Positions 36,987 to 49,397 of a DNA stretch of 64,000 nt are shown here, in pieces. The DNA lies in the NCBI GenBank assembly GCA_052426225.1, contig JBNJNM010000011.1, positions 4,650,001-4,714,000 of the forward strand, read 5' to 3'. A model generated the notes under the pieces. The model ran no database searches and was not told the DNA's origin. It worked only from the letters and a program-made list of their open reading frames with translations. This DNA is from Zancudomyces culisetae HAW-14-8. Lineage: Eukaryota; Fungi; Kickxellomycota. Position 1 is the first letter of the stretch; every line of letters starts with the position of its first letter. The position numbers and the translations under genes are program-made.

Positions 36987-37606
36987 CTCCTTATTTAGCA
37001 CCTTTATATCTTCTTCCGAATATGTGCCCAGTCCTGTTTCCAGCGCCTGTTTCAACACCGCTATTTTATTTTTATCCATTTGTTCCCGCTCTCTAAGCCT
37101 GTCTATCTCGTCCCCAAACTCTTTTACAATGGTTTCCATAAACTTCTTGCGGATTTCACTCTCGATGCCATTTTCCTGGTTGCGCGTCGACAAGGCCTGA
37201 ACCTATATTATTATATTATTATATTATTTATTTATTTTACATTAATTATTATAGGCCGTATTTCATTATTCATCCAGTATAGTTAAGAAAAGCAATTTTC
37301 GTGTAAGATTGTGGTCAAGAATTGTTCTATATACAAAGCTATTTCACGTATATGTACCTTGTTGGTAATAAAGCCTGTTTTTTCCACCTCAGATCTTTCT
37401 TGCTCTACCATTAGCTCGTCAATCTCCTTTAGTGGCGGTGGTAGCCCACTGTCATTTTCGTTTCTCATATTCTCATTATATTCTCCTACACCACGTACAC
37501 CTGCATCCACTTCCATTTCATTTCCGTGCCCGCTTTTACTTGTTTTTGTAACCTTCTGTACCTCAGAGTTATTTCCATATGATTTACCAGCACTTGAATA
37601 GTCCAT
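36981..37606 (-). CDS. RSA3: Ribosome assembly protein Rsa3-like, 2 exons
   Basis: Exons 37606-37358 and 37202-36981 are in frame; FMETIVKEFGDEIDRLR...KIAVLKQALETG resembles the Rsa3 C-terminal motif. Confidence 0.7.
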
Positions 37607-39107
37607 TCTGTCCCTTTTCTGTATATATGCACCTCTATTATGGCTTTGATCTAAAAGTCCTTGTAGAATACTAGTGATTCGGTATCGTTTAAATCTATAT
37701 CCAACAAATTTTCTTGACTAAACAGCTTTTAGTTTTGATGTATTTGGGGCGAAAAAATTTTCATGGGGTCTTTTTTACTCTCTCAGTTGATGATCAGAAA
37801 AAATATTTCTGAAATGTTCAAAATCCAGCGCATCAAATCTGGACGAATTACTAAGTGATTTGAAGTTTGCACAAAATGACCCAACTAGAAGTGTAGGGGT
37901 GTGGAGGAAAAGCAATTGTTCATACTCATAATGGCAAATGTACATACATACACACATATAAGCTTCTGTGTAAAGTGCACAATAAAGTGAACATATAAAC
38001 AGCAAACTTCCAGTACATGCCGCAGAACTCCTACCCAATTTACACATTCACTTGGTAACTTTGGTGATTCAAGTTGTAGTATTATGAAATTGCTATTGTC
38101 AAGATGGAAAAACCAAACACATTCAGGCACCATGCGCTAAGTAGGCTGTTAGATATTATTTTTTTGGTGTGTGAAAACAAACCAGCAACTTTCTTCACAT
38201 AACAACAGGTATATACTGCATTGGTAGCGGGTACCCCTAGTAAATAATAAAGGTGTTATTTTTGTATTTTCTGTTAAATTATGGTCCGCATATTAAGCAA
38301 ATTCGCACATAATGAAACTTGGGCAGTTCAACACTTTGTATTTTTCATCTTCATCCAAAAATATAAAGATATTGAAAAGGATGTGTTTTAATGAATGTTG
38401 CACTAAGCCTCACAATACATAAAGCTTCATTTAATTTTGATTATCAGTTTGATTTGGAGTTCCAAAAATTGGTTGTAAAACAGCTTGTTTCAGCAAGTGT
38501 GAAATGAGTAAAAAAAACAGAATTTTGCGAGAAAAAAAAGATTGAAAATTTTTTATCTATTTAGTATTATTTTTTTTATTATCAAGAAATGCCTTTGCAC
38601 AATTTGAATTTTCATGGCAAACCAATCCAAATTACCACTTTTTGAGTAAGGCAAAAAAGAAAAGTAAAATTCAGCAAATAAAGTCAGAATGTAATATAAA
38701 ATAACAAAATAACATACAAAACGGAGTAAAAATTGGGTTGGATGAAATTTTTTTTTTGGAAGTTACTAATGATAGGCCTGAGGGTGTAAGCGATAAAAAT
38801 TACCCCTCTGCATTAATTTCGTACTTTTGACTTGTTTTTTTATAAGCAATATTCTAAATCTTAGTAACGTTAGAGCGTTATCAATACAGAGTAAGTTAAT
38901 TCTCGGATTGTTTTATGTTAAAAGCATTATATATACATTCTAACCTCCAATACGGAATACTGCAAATACTACTCGAATGATTTTGCGTTATCATTTATTC
39001 CGATAAGCTTGCTAAAATTTTAGCTTTCCTAATGATCATTAATCTGTTTAATTTATTTTAAAAAATCAAACTTTAGAACGGTATAAAAACAGAAAAGATT
39101 AAACAAA

Positions 39108-39632
39108 ATGTCAGTAACAGGACGTACATTGTTGACCAAAATCGATTGGCCCTTGCTTTCAGCAAATCTTTCAAAAAGACCCGAGATCGTCAAGGCTTTA
39201 CAGGAATTCAACAAGAAATTTACCGAGACTGACAGAGATTTGAGTGCACTGAATGCGCAAAAGACAGAAATAGATTTTGAATATTACAGAAGCGTGCTCA
39301 AAAACACCGAGGTAGTAGACAAGTTGCAAAAGAAATACGCAGCATTCAAGCCTGTTAAGCTGGAAATCAGCGAGCAATTGAAGGCTATCGAGCAGCTTGA
39401 GAAATCAGCATCCACCTCCGCAAAAGACTATTCAGTCGACCTCCAGAACAGATTGGCTGGATTGAAGGAAACAATTGGAAACATTCAAGCTGCCAGACCT
39501 GTTGACGAACTCACAACCATCGATGTGTGCCAGGCCCGTCCAGAGACCATGACTGAGGTTGAGGAGATGGTCAAAAAGGGCGAATACACTGTTCCAGGAT
39601 ATGACAGCAAGTTCCCTTCTTTGGGTTTCTAA
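39108..39632 (+). CDS. ATP7: Mitochondrial F1Fo ATP synthase subunit d
   Basis: KIDW, IDFEYYRSVLKN, NIQAARPVDELT, VPGYDSKF; probable 5'UTR intron ~38891-39076. Confidence 0.93.
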   Translation: MSVTGRTLLTKIDWPLLSANLSKRPEIVKALQEFNKKFTETDRDLSALNAQKTEIDFEYYRSVLKNTEVVDKLQKKYAAFKPVKLEISEQLKAIEQLEKSASTSAKDYSVDLQNRLAGLKETIGNIQAARPVDELTTIDVCQARPETMTEVEEMVKKGEYTVPGYDSKFPSLGF

Positions 39633-40488
39633 GGAATTTCTCAGGCTTATACATAGCACATTTCCTAAAAAACATTTTATCTTTATTTTTCCATCCAGCA
39701 ACGTACGTACACTATTTCGTAGTTGCTGGTGCATTTAATGATAACACTGGTTAAGTGTCTTATTAAATAAAAAACGGTAGTGTTATAATAAAGCCAACGG
39801 AGCTTTGTGGATACAAAAAAAAAACACGTTTTTTTGGGGGGGGCGCTGAGAAACATCAGCTCCACAGACACCATTTACTTGATGGCAAGACTGTATAAAC
39901 TAACAGCAGTAGGGGGGTGGAGGGTGGGGAGACAGAGAGAGAGAGAGAGAAGAGAGTGGTATAGCCAATGGGCCAACCAAGCCACAATAATAGGCCATTA
40001 TCTGGAACATATCGTAGCGAATCCAGAGAGATGCGGGTTGGAGTTAGGGTTAAAGTTAAGATTGGGTTTGGTAGATAGAGGCGGCTTTCTAGGACACAGC
40101 CGATCTATATAATTGTGTCTAGGCGTCTTTTAGTGATTTTGCACCAAGCTCAATTTGTAGGTGGTAATTGCAAAAATTTGAAAAACATATATATTCAAGT
40201 TGGTTTTTCATTCGCAGATACTTGCTGCCATTGTTTACAATAAAATTTCGACATTGTAGCTGATAGAGCAAAGCTGTTTTTATGGAGAAAAAAAAGCTAA
40301 AATAAACAAATACTAGAGGCTGTGGGAATTTATGTCAAGCAAAAGGATTATAAATGCAAATACTTTTAAAAGAAAATTAAAAAAAGATAAAATATTGGTA
40401 TTAGACTAGATACAGGAGAGATTAGGTGGGTAGTAGCCAGAGAAACAATTGATAATAGAAAGATAGAGGAAATACCAAAGTCAAAAGA

Positions 40489-42198
40489 ATGGATGAGTAT
40501 GTAGAAACGCCAGTAAAATCATTTGAATGCAAGGAATTCAGTGGTGCATCTGTTTACTTGAAACTGGAAAACATGCATCAAGTTATTAATTCATACAGAC
40601 TGCGAGGATTATACCACATGTGTAAACACTTAAAGGAGGAAAAACATGTTACCGAAATTGTGCTAACTTGTAGCACGAGAAAAATATCAATGAAAAATAG
40701 TAAAGAAAACGAAAAAAATGGTGAGCAGCCTAAAACATTCAACGAAAGCAGAGAAATCGATGAGCTCGAGTTTATGCTGGGAATGTGTGCGAGTAGCAAG
40801 GCGTTACAACTGAAGTTGATTGCGTTTATTCCCAAATACAACAAAATTGCCGGTAGTAATGGTTATATGGTCGAACAAGAAGAATCCGAAAGAATCAAAT
40901 CAGACTACCCAGTTGATGAGTATACTAATCATAACAGAAATGACTATTCCAAGCTCAAAGAACTGAAACAGCAACAAAAATATAGTAACATTGTGATAGT
41001 AGAGTACGGAGATAGCGAAGAAATTTCCAACAAAGTGGCACAAAACTACATTTTGCAAAGTGGAGTTGGTGGGAATGTAGGTAGCAATCCGATATTATTA
41101 AGTGTTGATAATATAGAGCAGTATGAAAGAGAGTATATTTCCGGCATTAGCAAGATTATAAAAGAAATAAAGCCAGAAACAGTTCCAACAGTAATAATTA
41201 CATCACTAACAAAAAATGCTAGGGAAAATTCACGTATGTTGAAAGGGTTGGTCAAGGGAATACATGAGGTTTACGGAGTCAATGCAATCGGCAACAGCGG
41301 CAATAATAGCAACAAATTAACGCGAAAGCAATACCAAGATGCTAATGAAGTAGGTGGTGTTACACCAACATCAAGTTCAGCTGGGGCGACAATTCCAATA
41401 ATAGCAGTTGACTGTGTAGGAGACGGTCCAGTGTTGGAGCCGGAAATCTTAACTAAGCACCCCATTATTCCGATTTCAGTCACTAAACAAATGGCCGTCC
41501 AGGCGGCAATAAAGCTGTTGGTAACTGACAAAGTTTTGGTTGATGAACAATCGGCCAGCGGCCTGGCTCTTCTGGAGTCGGCAGTATTGGATCAAATTTT
41601 TCCATCATTTAAAACAAAAAAAGCAGAAAATGTAGTATTTATAATATTAAATAGTTGCTATGCAGCTGGTAGTGGAGTTATCGGAAATATAAGCGGATCT
41701 GCTAGGAAAACCGGTGTGCAGGATCAAAGGCAGAATTATGGCAACACAACTTGTGATCCAAATCGGGATGAAAGCCAGTATGTGTTGCCTAGTTTTTTGT
41801 CTATCAATAACACTGCATTCAAAAATAGAAATACTAGAAAAAGCGAGCACAGTGCCAACAACGAAGACAACGACAATATCATTCACAATGGTGATGGGGC
41901 TGGTATTGCCACCAACTTTAGAGGAAGAAGTATAAGTATAATCAATAAAAACATCCCAATTATAGTGAAAAGCGGCGAAAAAGTGGTAATGAAGTTTATT
42001 GATGATTTCAATAGTACCAGTGAAAACAGCCCTTCCAATGCCAATGGCTTTATCAATAGAAGCAGTAACATCCCCAGTAACAAATTCTCAATGAATATGA
42101 AAAGAAATCTAAAAGTGGCAAACCAAGATGCGGAGAATCTATTCAGGTCCGACCCTGGTCACTACTACCAACAACATCAAAACTCGTATCCATACTGA
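40489..42198 (+). CDS. Divergent fold-type II PLP enzyme homologue (L-serine dehydratase/Cha1-like), probably inactive
   Basis: ETP...VYLKLEN....SYRLRG, G...II.EI, PIIAV, VLVDEQSASGLA; catalytic motifs altered. Confidence 0.75.
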   Translation: MDEYVETPVKSFECKEFSGASVYLKLENMHQVINSYRLRGLYHMCKHLKEEKHVTEIVLTCSTRKISMKNSKENEKNGEQPKTFNESREIDELEFMLGMCASSKALQLKLIAFIPKYNKIAGSNGYMVEQEESERIKSDYPVDEYTNHNRNDYSKLKELKQQQKYSNIVIVEYGDSEEISNKVAQNYILQSGVGGNVGSNPILLSVDNIEQYEREYISGISKIIKEIKPETVPTVIITSLTKNARENSRMLKGLVKGIHEVYGVNAIGNSGNNSNKLTRKQYQDANEVGGVTPTSSSAGATIPIIAVDCVGDGPVLEPEILTKHPIIPISVTKQMAVQAAIKLLVTDKVLVDEQSASGLALLESAVLDQIFPSFKTKKAENVVFIILNSCYAAGSGVIGNISGSARKTGVQDQRQNYGNTTCDPNRDESQYVLPSFLSINNTAFKNRNTRKSEHSANNEDNDNIIHNGDGAGIATNFRGRSISIINKNIPIIVKSGEKVVMKFIDDFNSTSENSPSNANGFINRSSNIPSNKFSMNMKRNLKVANQDAENLFRSDPGHYYQQHQNSYPY

Positions 42199-42258
42199 CA
42201 TTAACACTATTCCTGTTCACATAGTGCGTTTTGTTCTATATTATATTTATATACTTTA

Positions 42259-43937
42259 TTAGAAAAATAGCTGGAGGGAAATTCCAACCTCTCTCTTGCC
42301 ATTAACCCCGACTCTGATTTTGGTGCTCCTACTAGCATTGTTCAACTCAATAATAAGCTTAGAATCCGCCAAAAAGTCCAAACCTGATCCATAATGCGAC
42401 CCAACATACATCCCTGCCTTTTTGCCATCACTGACACCATTGTTTTTCTTGTTACCAAGGAAATCTAGGCTTCCAGAAACAAACTCAGTGGACAGCTGTT
42501 TATTAAACAGGTTCAGTTTGGCACCCATCTTCAAGTTGCTGTAGTTGCTATGGAAATTGAAGTCATAACATTGACATAACCTCAGTGTACTGTTGAGAAA
42601 GTCGTTGTATTGTGTTAGTTTTACATGTCCCATAATTGGATTGATCAGCATACTTGTAGATGATTTAACCGTTTGTTTCTTCTGTGTGGGTTTTAGTGTG
42701 GGCTTTGATTTTTGGAATTCAGTCGAATCTTGATCCTCAACACTTTTGATGACATACTTTATCCCCAATGAGCCTATAATTATTGTCGCAAGTTATATAT
42801 ATTTGACTCTATTTAGCTTTATCATGGCATTAAACTAAGATGAAGTCAGTGTAGCTTACTTGCTCCTATAGTCTCACGCATTCCCAAATACACTTCACCT
42901 CCGATGACAATCTCCTGGTTGTTGATGTTATCACCGTAAGCGTTGCTTCCAAATGCCTTTCTGTACAACCCTGTAACGCCAAAGAGCTCTTTTTTGCTAT
43001 TTCCAGCCAAAAGCGTCACACCCCACTTGTTTCTTTTTTGGATTGAATAATTTACTAAATACTACAGAGAATATATACCATAATATTTGAAAGTTAGACT
43101 ACTAAGGCTCGTACTTCGAGTATTTAAATAAAAAAAAGTACAGTATAGGAGTGTCATTACCCTAGAGTGATAGTCTTTGTAGCTCTTTCCCATCACCGAT
43201 GCCCACTCTATTCCGATTCTTGAATGTTTGTCCTGCCCTCCTACATCACCAACACCGTTTTTGTTTAACGTAAAAATTGTAGATCCAGTGACTGTCCTTT
43301 TTTCCGGATAAACCACACCTGATAGCAAGTATTTATGCTTGCTACCTGCTCCATCCTGTGCATCGTCCGTTATGACATTTTTCGTTGTTTCCTGTTTGTC
43401 TCGTTGGTTTGCAACAGGATTTGGTCTCTTTCCTTTAGTCTGGCGCTGTTTAAAAGATTGTTTTGCTATAGGTGTGTATTTAGTTTCAAGTCCCTCTCCC
43501 TCTTGTGTCTCGACAGAATAAAGCGTTGCGCCATCGTTATAGGTATCTCCCCTGTTGCCATTTGTTATATTTTCAACTTGTCTTTTTGTATTTGCAACTC
43601 TTGGTAGGTCTACATTACTAGTGAAATACCCAACCTGACTAAAACTAGCAGTATTGACGTTATTGTTAGCACCTGTTCTTTGTGCATTTCTCTGCAAGGT
43701 ACTAGAAGCAGAATTGGGTGATAATTGTGTTGGGGTCAGCACTGAAAACATATACATGTTTCCAAAAGTATTCAAATTGGTTTTTGACGTGGAAATATTT
43801 ATGCCTTTGACATCTTGGGCTTGCAAAATTCTGTTTTCTAAGCTGTTGAACTTTGAAAATTCTAGCTCTTCGTCGTACCCAGTGCTCTTGTTAAACTTGC
43901 GCCTGATCTTTTTGTGGATATCGGGAATGATCACCAT
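42259..43937 (-). CDS. MDM10: Mitochondrial outer-membrane beta-barrel Mdm10 (ERMES/SAM), 3 exons
   Basis: F..STGY N-terminus, GGEVY, INPIMGH, YDFNFHS, C-terminal beta-signal VGISLQLFF; introns near 43160-43062 and ~42860-42775. Confidence 0.75.
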
Positions 43938-44357
43938 CGTAGCTTCCACCTCTTTCTTTCGATTTTATATTATTCTATTATTGTCTTTTGTATTTATGTT
44001 ACAAGATTATTTCGTATCAAGTCACAAATTTAGAAGAATAGAGCCTGTTTGTAATTGTTTTGATATATTTTAATGGTGAATTTAAAGTGTTTGGATGCTC
44101 TTAGCTGGCTTAATTTTTCATCAAATTTAACCGCGAATACCAAAATATTTTTAAATACAATCTACCAATTTTAGATAATTTTTTAATTAAGAATCCAAAA
44201 AGTATAAAAACGAAACAAAACAAAACATTTATACATTATCGAAACAACTATAAAAAAAGACGACGAAGAAGCAAAACGTTCTCGAGCATCAAGAATAGTA
44301 TTACTTCCAGCTACGTACAATTTTCCATATTTTCAGGGAAAGTAGTTAATAGACGGA

Positions 44358-46083
44358 ATGTCAATATTGCAAATAATAGATTCAGAAGTACAGAATCTGA
44401 ATTATGGATTATCAATAAAAAATGTGGATATTCTAACGAGTATATTCAGGATTCCTAATCCTTTGCCAAGAGCCTCGTACAATTTGGTAAGCTTTCTATT
44501 CATATACCTAGTATTTTCTAAATTGAATACACAAAGGAAAACCAGTATTTCTGTTTATTTGACATATGCATGAAAATTGAAGATTGTCTAGCTACCTTGT
44601 TAAAAAATGAGAAAATTATAATAACTATACAAAAATATGGTCATTTGGATATATAGAATCCCTACGCTTTAAATCACATTGAGGATACGTTGCATGATGC
44701 TTCATGGAGTCAGATTTTAAAACTACATTACGAGGTGATATACCATTTGCAAAATAACGATTTTGTTAGAGCATACAATAGTCACATCAACCTATTAAGG
44801 TAATATATGTTATAGTTATTTTTTTCTCATCCGCAGAACATACATGTATAGTGTTTAACAAAAGTTTAATGCTTGTAGACTTTTGTACTAATAATGTATT
44901 CAATCATCACTAGCAACTTTTTAAAGATATTTACTATCCAACGAGGATGGGTATTAAAGCTTCTATATCTACTGAATGACGATTTGATTTTTATTTCGGA
45001 AAATGTAAGTGCAAATACCTAAGGAAAGGTGTCGTGTGAACATACTATAAACCCAGGTGCTAATGAATATTGACTATAGGCTGACTATCAGCAAAGCGAA
45101 CAAGAAATACGAGAAGATAGTGAGCAAGAAAACTCAAAACAATCTCAAGCTGCGTGGTATATCAACAAATCGTTTAGCGCATGTATTACTGATAACGAAG
45201 CACTGGATAAAAATTCGAGAAAATGGGGAACGTATCGGCTAGGAAGTACTCTATTCAAGCTATATTTCAAGCTGGAGTGCTATCATTTGTGCAAAAATGT
45301 TATTCGGGCCATTCAAGCATCAAGAACGCTGCCTGATATTGAGAAATTTTGCTTAGCAGATAAGGTGACGTACCGATATTATCTGGGGGTATTGAATTTT
45401 AGACAGGAAAATTATAAACAGGTAAGCTTCAATAGCTTAGGTCATGCTATTTTATATACATGAGTCTCTACCAAACTGGGAAGTTTCGCTATACGTGCAT
45501 AAATGTAAATATACCTTTAACTTTTTTTTTTCACCCTGTTTTGCACCTTTCTTTACCTTACTAGGCTGCAGAGAATTTACGATACGCATTAGAGAATATT
45601 AGCTATAAGGCAACTAGAAATAAGATGTTGGTTCTGCTATATCTCATCCCAACAAACATTATCAATGGAAAACTAGTGTCACCCAAACTACTTCGCAAAC
45701 ATAAAGTACTTCAAGCCCTCTACTTGCCAATGGTTCATGCATTACGAACGGGAAATATATCTAAATTTGAAGAGTTCATGAAACAACGCGACCATTATCT
45801 GTTTCGGTTTGGAATATATTCCAGCATGGAAACTATTCGACAGATTGTGCTAGCCAAGTTTATAAAAAAAATATATTTAATTAATAAGCAAAACTCGAGG
45901 CTTGGCGTTGATATGATAACATCATGTACAATTAAGTTTTCTGGCCAAACAGATAACAATTCAACCTTGTTCATGTTGGCCAACTTAATTGACAAGGGTT
46001 ATATCAAAGGCTACCTTTCACAGTCACACAATGTACTAGTTTTGAGTAAAAGCGACCCTTTTCCATCCTTATTCATTTCGTAA
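44358..46083 (+). CDS. PCID2: PCI-domain protein PCID2/Csn12-like, 5 exons
   Basis: Exons 44358-44486, 44657-44799, 44914-45004, 45080-45421 and 45565-46083 are in frame; SRKWG..LFKLYFKL, VTYRYYLG, LANLIDKGYIKGYLS..VLSKSDPFP. Confidence 0.9.
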
Positions 46084-46212
46084 TAGTTTGATATATTTGT
46101 AAATAAAAAGCAATTGCTAGTTCTAATAGCAAGTAGAAATAAAACGTATAATAATTACATTTGGAACGGTATTTTGTAAAGGAAAAAAACGATATTGTAA
46201 TAAACTGTGCAC

Positions 46213-46959
46213 TCAAGCTGTCATTTTAGGATTGACGTTTTCGCTCTTGGCTTTGTAGCTATCCAAAATCTCGTTGTAATTTGTTGCAAACTTGTATGCC
46301 GCCATAACTCCACAAAACGCAATAGATGCCTTTGCGGCGCTCTTGAGACCCTTTGTTGCTCTGAACACCAAACCTGTAGTGGCTGCGGCATAAAGGCTGG
46401 TACTGTAGCCACCTTTATTGCCTGTATATGCGCCAATCATCGCATACAAGCCGTTGTAGTACATTGCCAACACACCTGCTGAATTGCCAACAAATGGACC
46501 TCGTCGTGTCATAGCATTCAGAATTCCATTCAATCTGATTTTGAAATTCTTGGCAGGCAGTCTGTTTCCTTCTAAAAGCCCCCACAGACCACCTGTTCCC
46601 AAACCTGCCAAATATGCTGTTCCTGCTCCGTAACATAGATCGTCACTCCAGCTTCTTGAAGGAAGGCCTGAACCCGTTGCAGCCCCATTATTATCCTCCA
46701 GTGAGAGGTACTCTATGCCAGCACCTAATGGCGTTAATTTTGAATACACCTCCCCCAAATCTACTTGTGAAAGAAAATCGCCAACGCCACTGGAAACTTG
46801 TTCGTTGATTGACTGGCCTTTTTCGGCTAGTTGTTCGGAGAGTGCTTTCTTTGCTCGTTCCTCGGCCTCCTGATCTGTCAGAAACGCTATATCTACATTT
46901 TCCACTTCTCTCTCATTTTGGTGGTAATTTGTTCTAGTATATGGATTGAAAATCGACAT
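46213..46959 (-). CDS. TIM23: Mitochondrial inner-membrane translocase Tim23
   Basis: LPSRSWSDDLCYGAGTAYL, RLNGILNAMTRRGPFVGNSAG. Confidence 0.95.
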   Translation of the reverse strand: MSIFNPYTRTNYHQNEREVENVDIAFLTDQEAEERAKKALSEQLAEKGQSINEQVSSGVGDFLSQVDLGEVYSKLTPLGAGIEYLSLEDNNGAATGSGLPSRSWSDDLCYGAGTAYLAGLGTGGLWGLLEGNRLPAKNFKIRLNGILNAMTRRGPFVGNSAGVLAMYYNGLYAMIGAYTGNKGGYSTSLYAAATTGLVFRATKGLKSAAKASIAFCGVMAAYKFATNYNEILDSYKAKSENVNPKMTA

Positions 46960-49397
46960 TGTTACTTTTATTGGATTTTATACCGCTGTTCTATAATATA
47001 AATCCGACTGATAAAGGATACTCTAGTGATTTATCCCCGTCTCTATTTAATACTGTGATAGCGAATTCGGAAGAAGAAAAAAAAAAGCAAATTTGGTTTT
47101 ACAAAGTGTTTTATGCTACTTGATTAACACCTATTTCTCGTTTCTTGATTGCTTTTTTTTTTTGCTTTTATTCTCTATTCCTAACCCTCCTTCGAATGAT
47201 TATTTTGATTTGTGAGCTAATCGCACTTCCAAGCCAATTTACTGGCAAGGAAAAAAATTTTTTTTTTCTTTACACAATCTCAAATGTTAGATGTGTATCA
47301 GTTTATACTGGTTTGAAAATGCCCAACAACCTCTTTACTGGAATTTTATTTCGCATGAAGGTGGAATGCCCGTTATTTTTTTTTCTTAGTTGATAACTCT
47401 CAAATGCACCTCGATTGGCCAATGATTATTTGCTCATGTGATTTCTATTAACCAAGTTGATCATGTAAAAAAAGTGTTTGTCCACTTTCTTAGACATTTA
47501 AATCATAAACTATTATTTGATACTTGGTGATGACCAACAGAACACTGAAGTACAGTAGTTGGTGATTATATAGATTTTGGTGTTGCTAAATTAATGTCTT
47601 TTAACAAATAACTCTAAAAGTCTTCCCCTCTATTAAGTTTTCATGTCAAAAAAAATATAGTTGCTAACTTTATGGATAATAAATGGCTTTATTTCATGTA
47701 TAGAAGCATTTATAATAGACATTGATATCTATAACAGAAAAAAGTGGTATATGTCGTCAACTTTTTCAAAAAGTCACAAACTAGCCTCTTTAATTGTGTT
47801 CTAATATATCTGCGTTTTACGAAAGCATTACTTAGTTTTAATTGTAAATGGGTCAAGTTTATCATGACACTTTATGATTATTTAATTTTAGAACGGAAGA
47901 ATGATGTACTTTTGAGCAAAATATACTCGAGAGGCCCATGATTGGGTATTTGTAATAGCGGATGTAGGTTGTTTTAACATTCTAGTACAAATATCTCCAA
48001 TATGCAGCGTTTGGTGGAACGGAGGGAGGGCGTGGTAAACGGTTGGTGGTTTGGAAATAAATATACACACAGGGCCCACAAACCTTTACAAGCCTTACGT
48101 TTGATACTAATGACAATCATTTCCTGTTTCACAACTTATTCATTGATTGGAATCCAGATGTTAATAAACTGGAAATTCACATTATGGCAACTGATATAAA
48201 CACATGCAGTAACTTTAGCAAAGAAAGGCTGACTCCTTTTAACTCTGTGGATCGGCTAGTGGAGATTTGTGAAAATAAGCCCATACTGTTCGAAATCAGT
48301 AAATGTAGTACATTGCTCATAAACTGGTATTCATGTTTTAGTTTTAGGCGTATGGAAGGAGTAAAAAAAAGAGTTTATATGCAAACAAAAAAAAAACGAG
48401 AAACAGAGACGAATATACTCAATCAAAAGTAGGTTGGGTTTGGTATTTTGGCATATGTAGTTATGTATGAGTGCTATTTTAGCACACTAATACCAGCAAA
48501 TAACCAAAGCGCAAATAAGCGCAAATAAGTCTGTAGGTGGGGGGAGAGAGAAGGGAGGGGTATGTTTAAATGTAAAAAGATAGGAGCAAAAATTAAGGAG
48601 AAATGTGGAAAAAAATGTAGGTTTCTATAAATAGTGGAAACGTAAACTATTGCGGTGAGGTTTATAATTCCATTATTCTCTTCAAAAGAACCTTTAATTT
48701 GTGGATACCAATGAATACTTTAGTTACAAGCAAAATGATGAACTTAGTGAATAGTATAAAACAATTAAGAATATTAATTGTTTAAATGGATTCCAACAAG
48801 CGATTTGCAGTAACAATAATGACTGAGAATTAAGGATGACCTTGTCAATACTTTGATGTATTTGCATAGAAATAGCTCTTTATTAAAACGAAAATAGCAG
48901 TTCTCGTTTTAAAAAAAATTGAAAGGATAAATGTTATGTGTTGGCAAACGATAACTGAGCTGTTTGGTGAATGAAGACCGAAGACCATCTCCAATAATTG
49001 AGAAAATCATTTGTGATGGCCAATGGGTTTTTCAGTATACTACTAAATTGCGAATTTCAATCCTGTTTTTTATTTAGAAAAAAAAGATTATTAAAAAAAA
49101 CAAAAAAATGAAAAACAAAAACAAAAACAAATTATCGCCTAGTATGTGGGTTAAATAATGTTCATTATTGACACCCAAATTTTTTATATTATCTACCACT
49201 TAGACAAAAAGAAAAACTGAATAAAAGTCAGGAATATCCCAGTTCTAAACTAACGAAATAAAAAACTAATATATATATTTGCGTCTATTATAAAATATTA
49301 GCAACTATACCTTTCCTCTCAGCAAGCTAGTAGCACAGGAAAAATAATATTGATATCAATAGGCACACTATTCTGAAAAGACAAGGAATAAGAGAAT

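Noticed and set aside
40035-40072. Degenerate telomere-like hexamers (GGGTTG GAGTTA GGGTTA ...)
   Set aside because: Only one exact TTAGGG; ordinary G/T-rich low-complexity DNA
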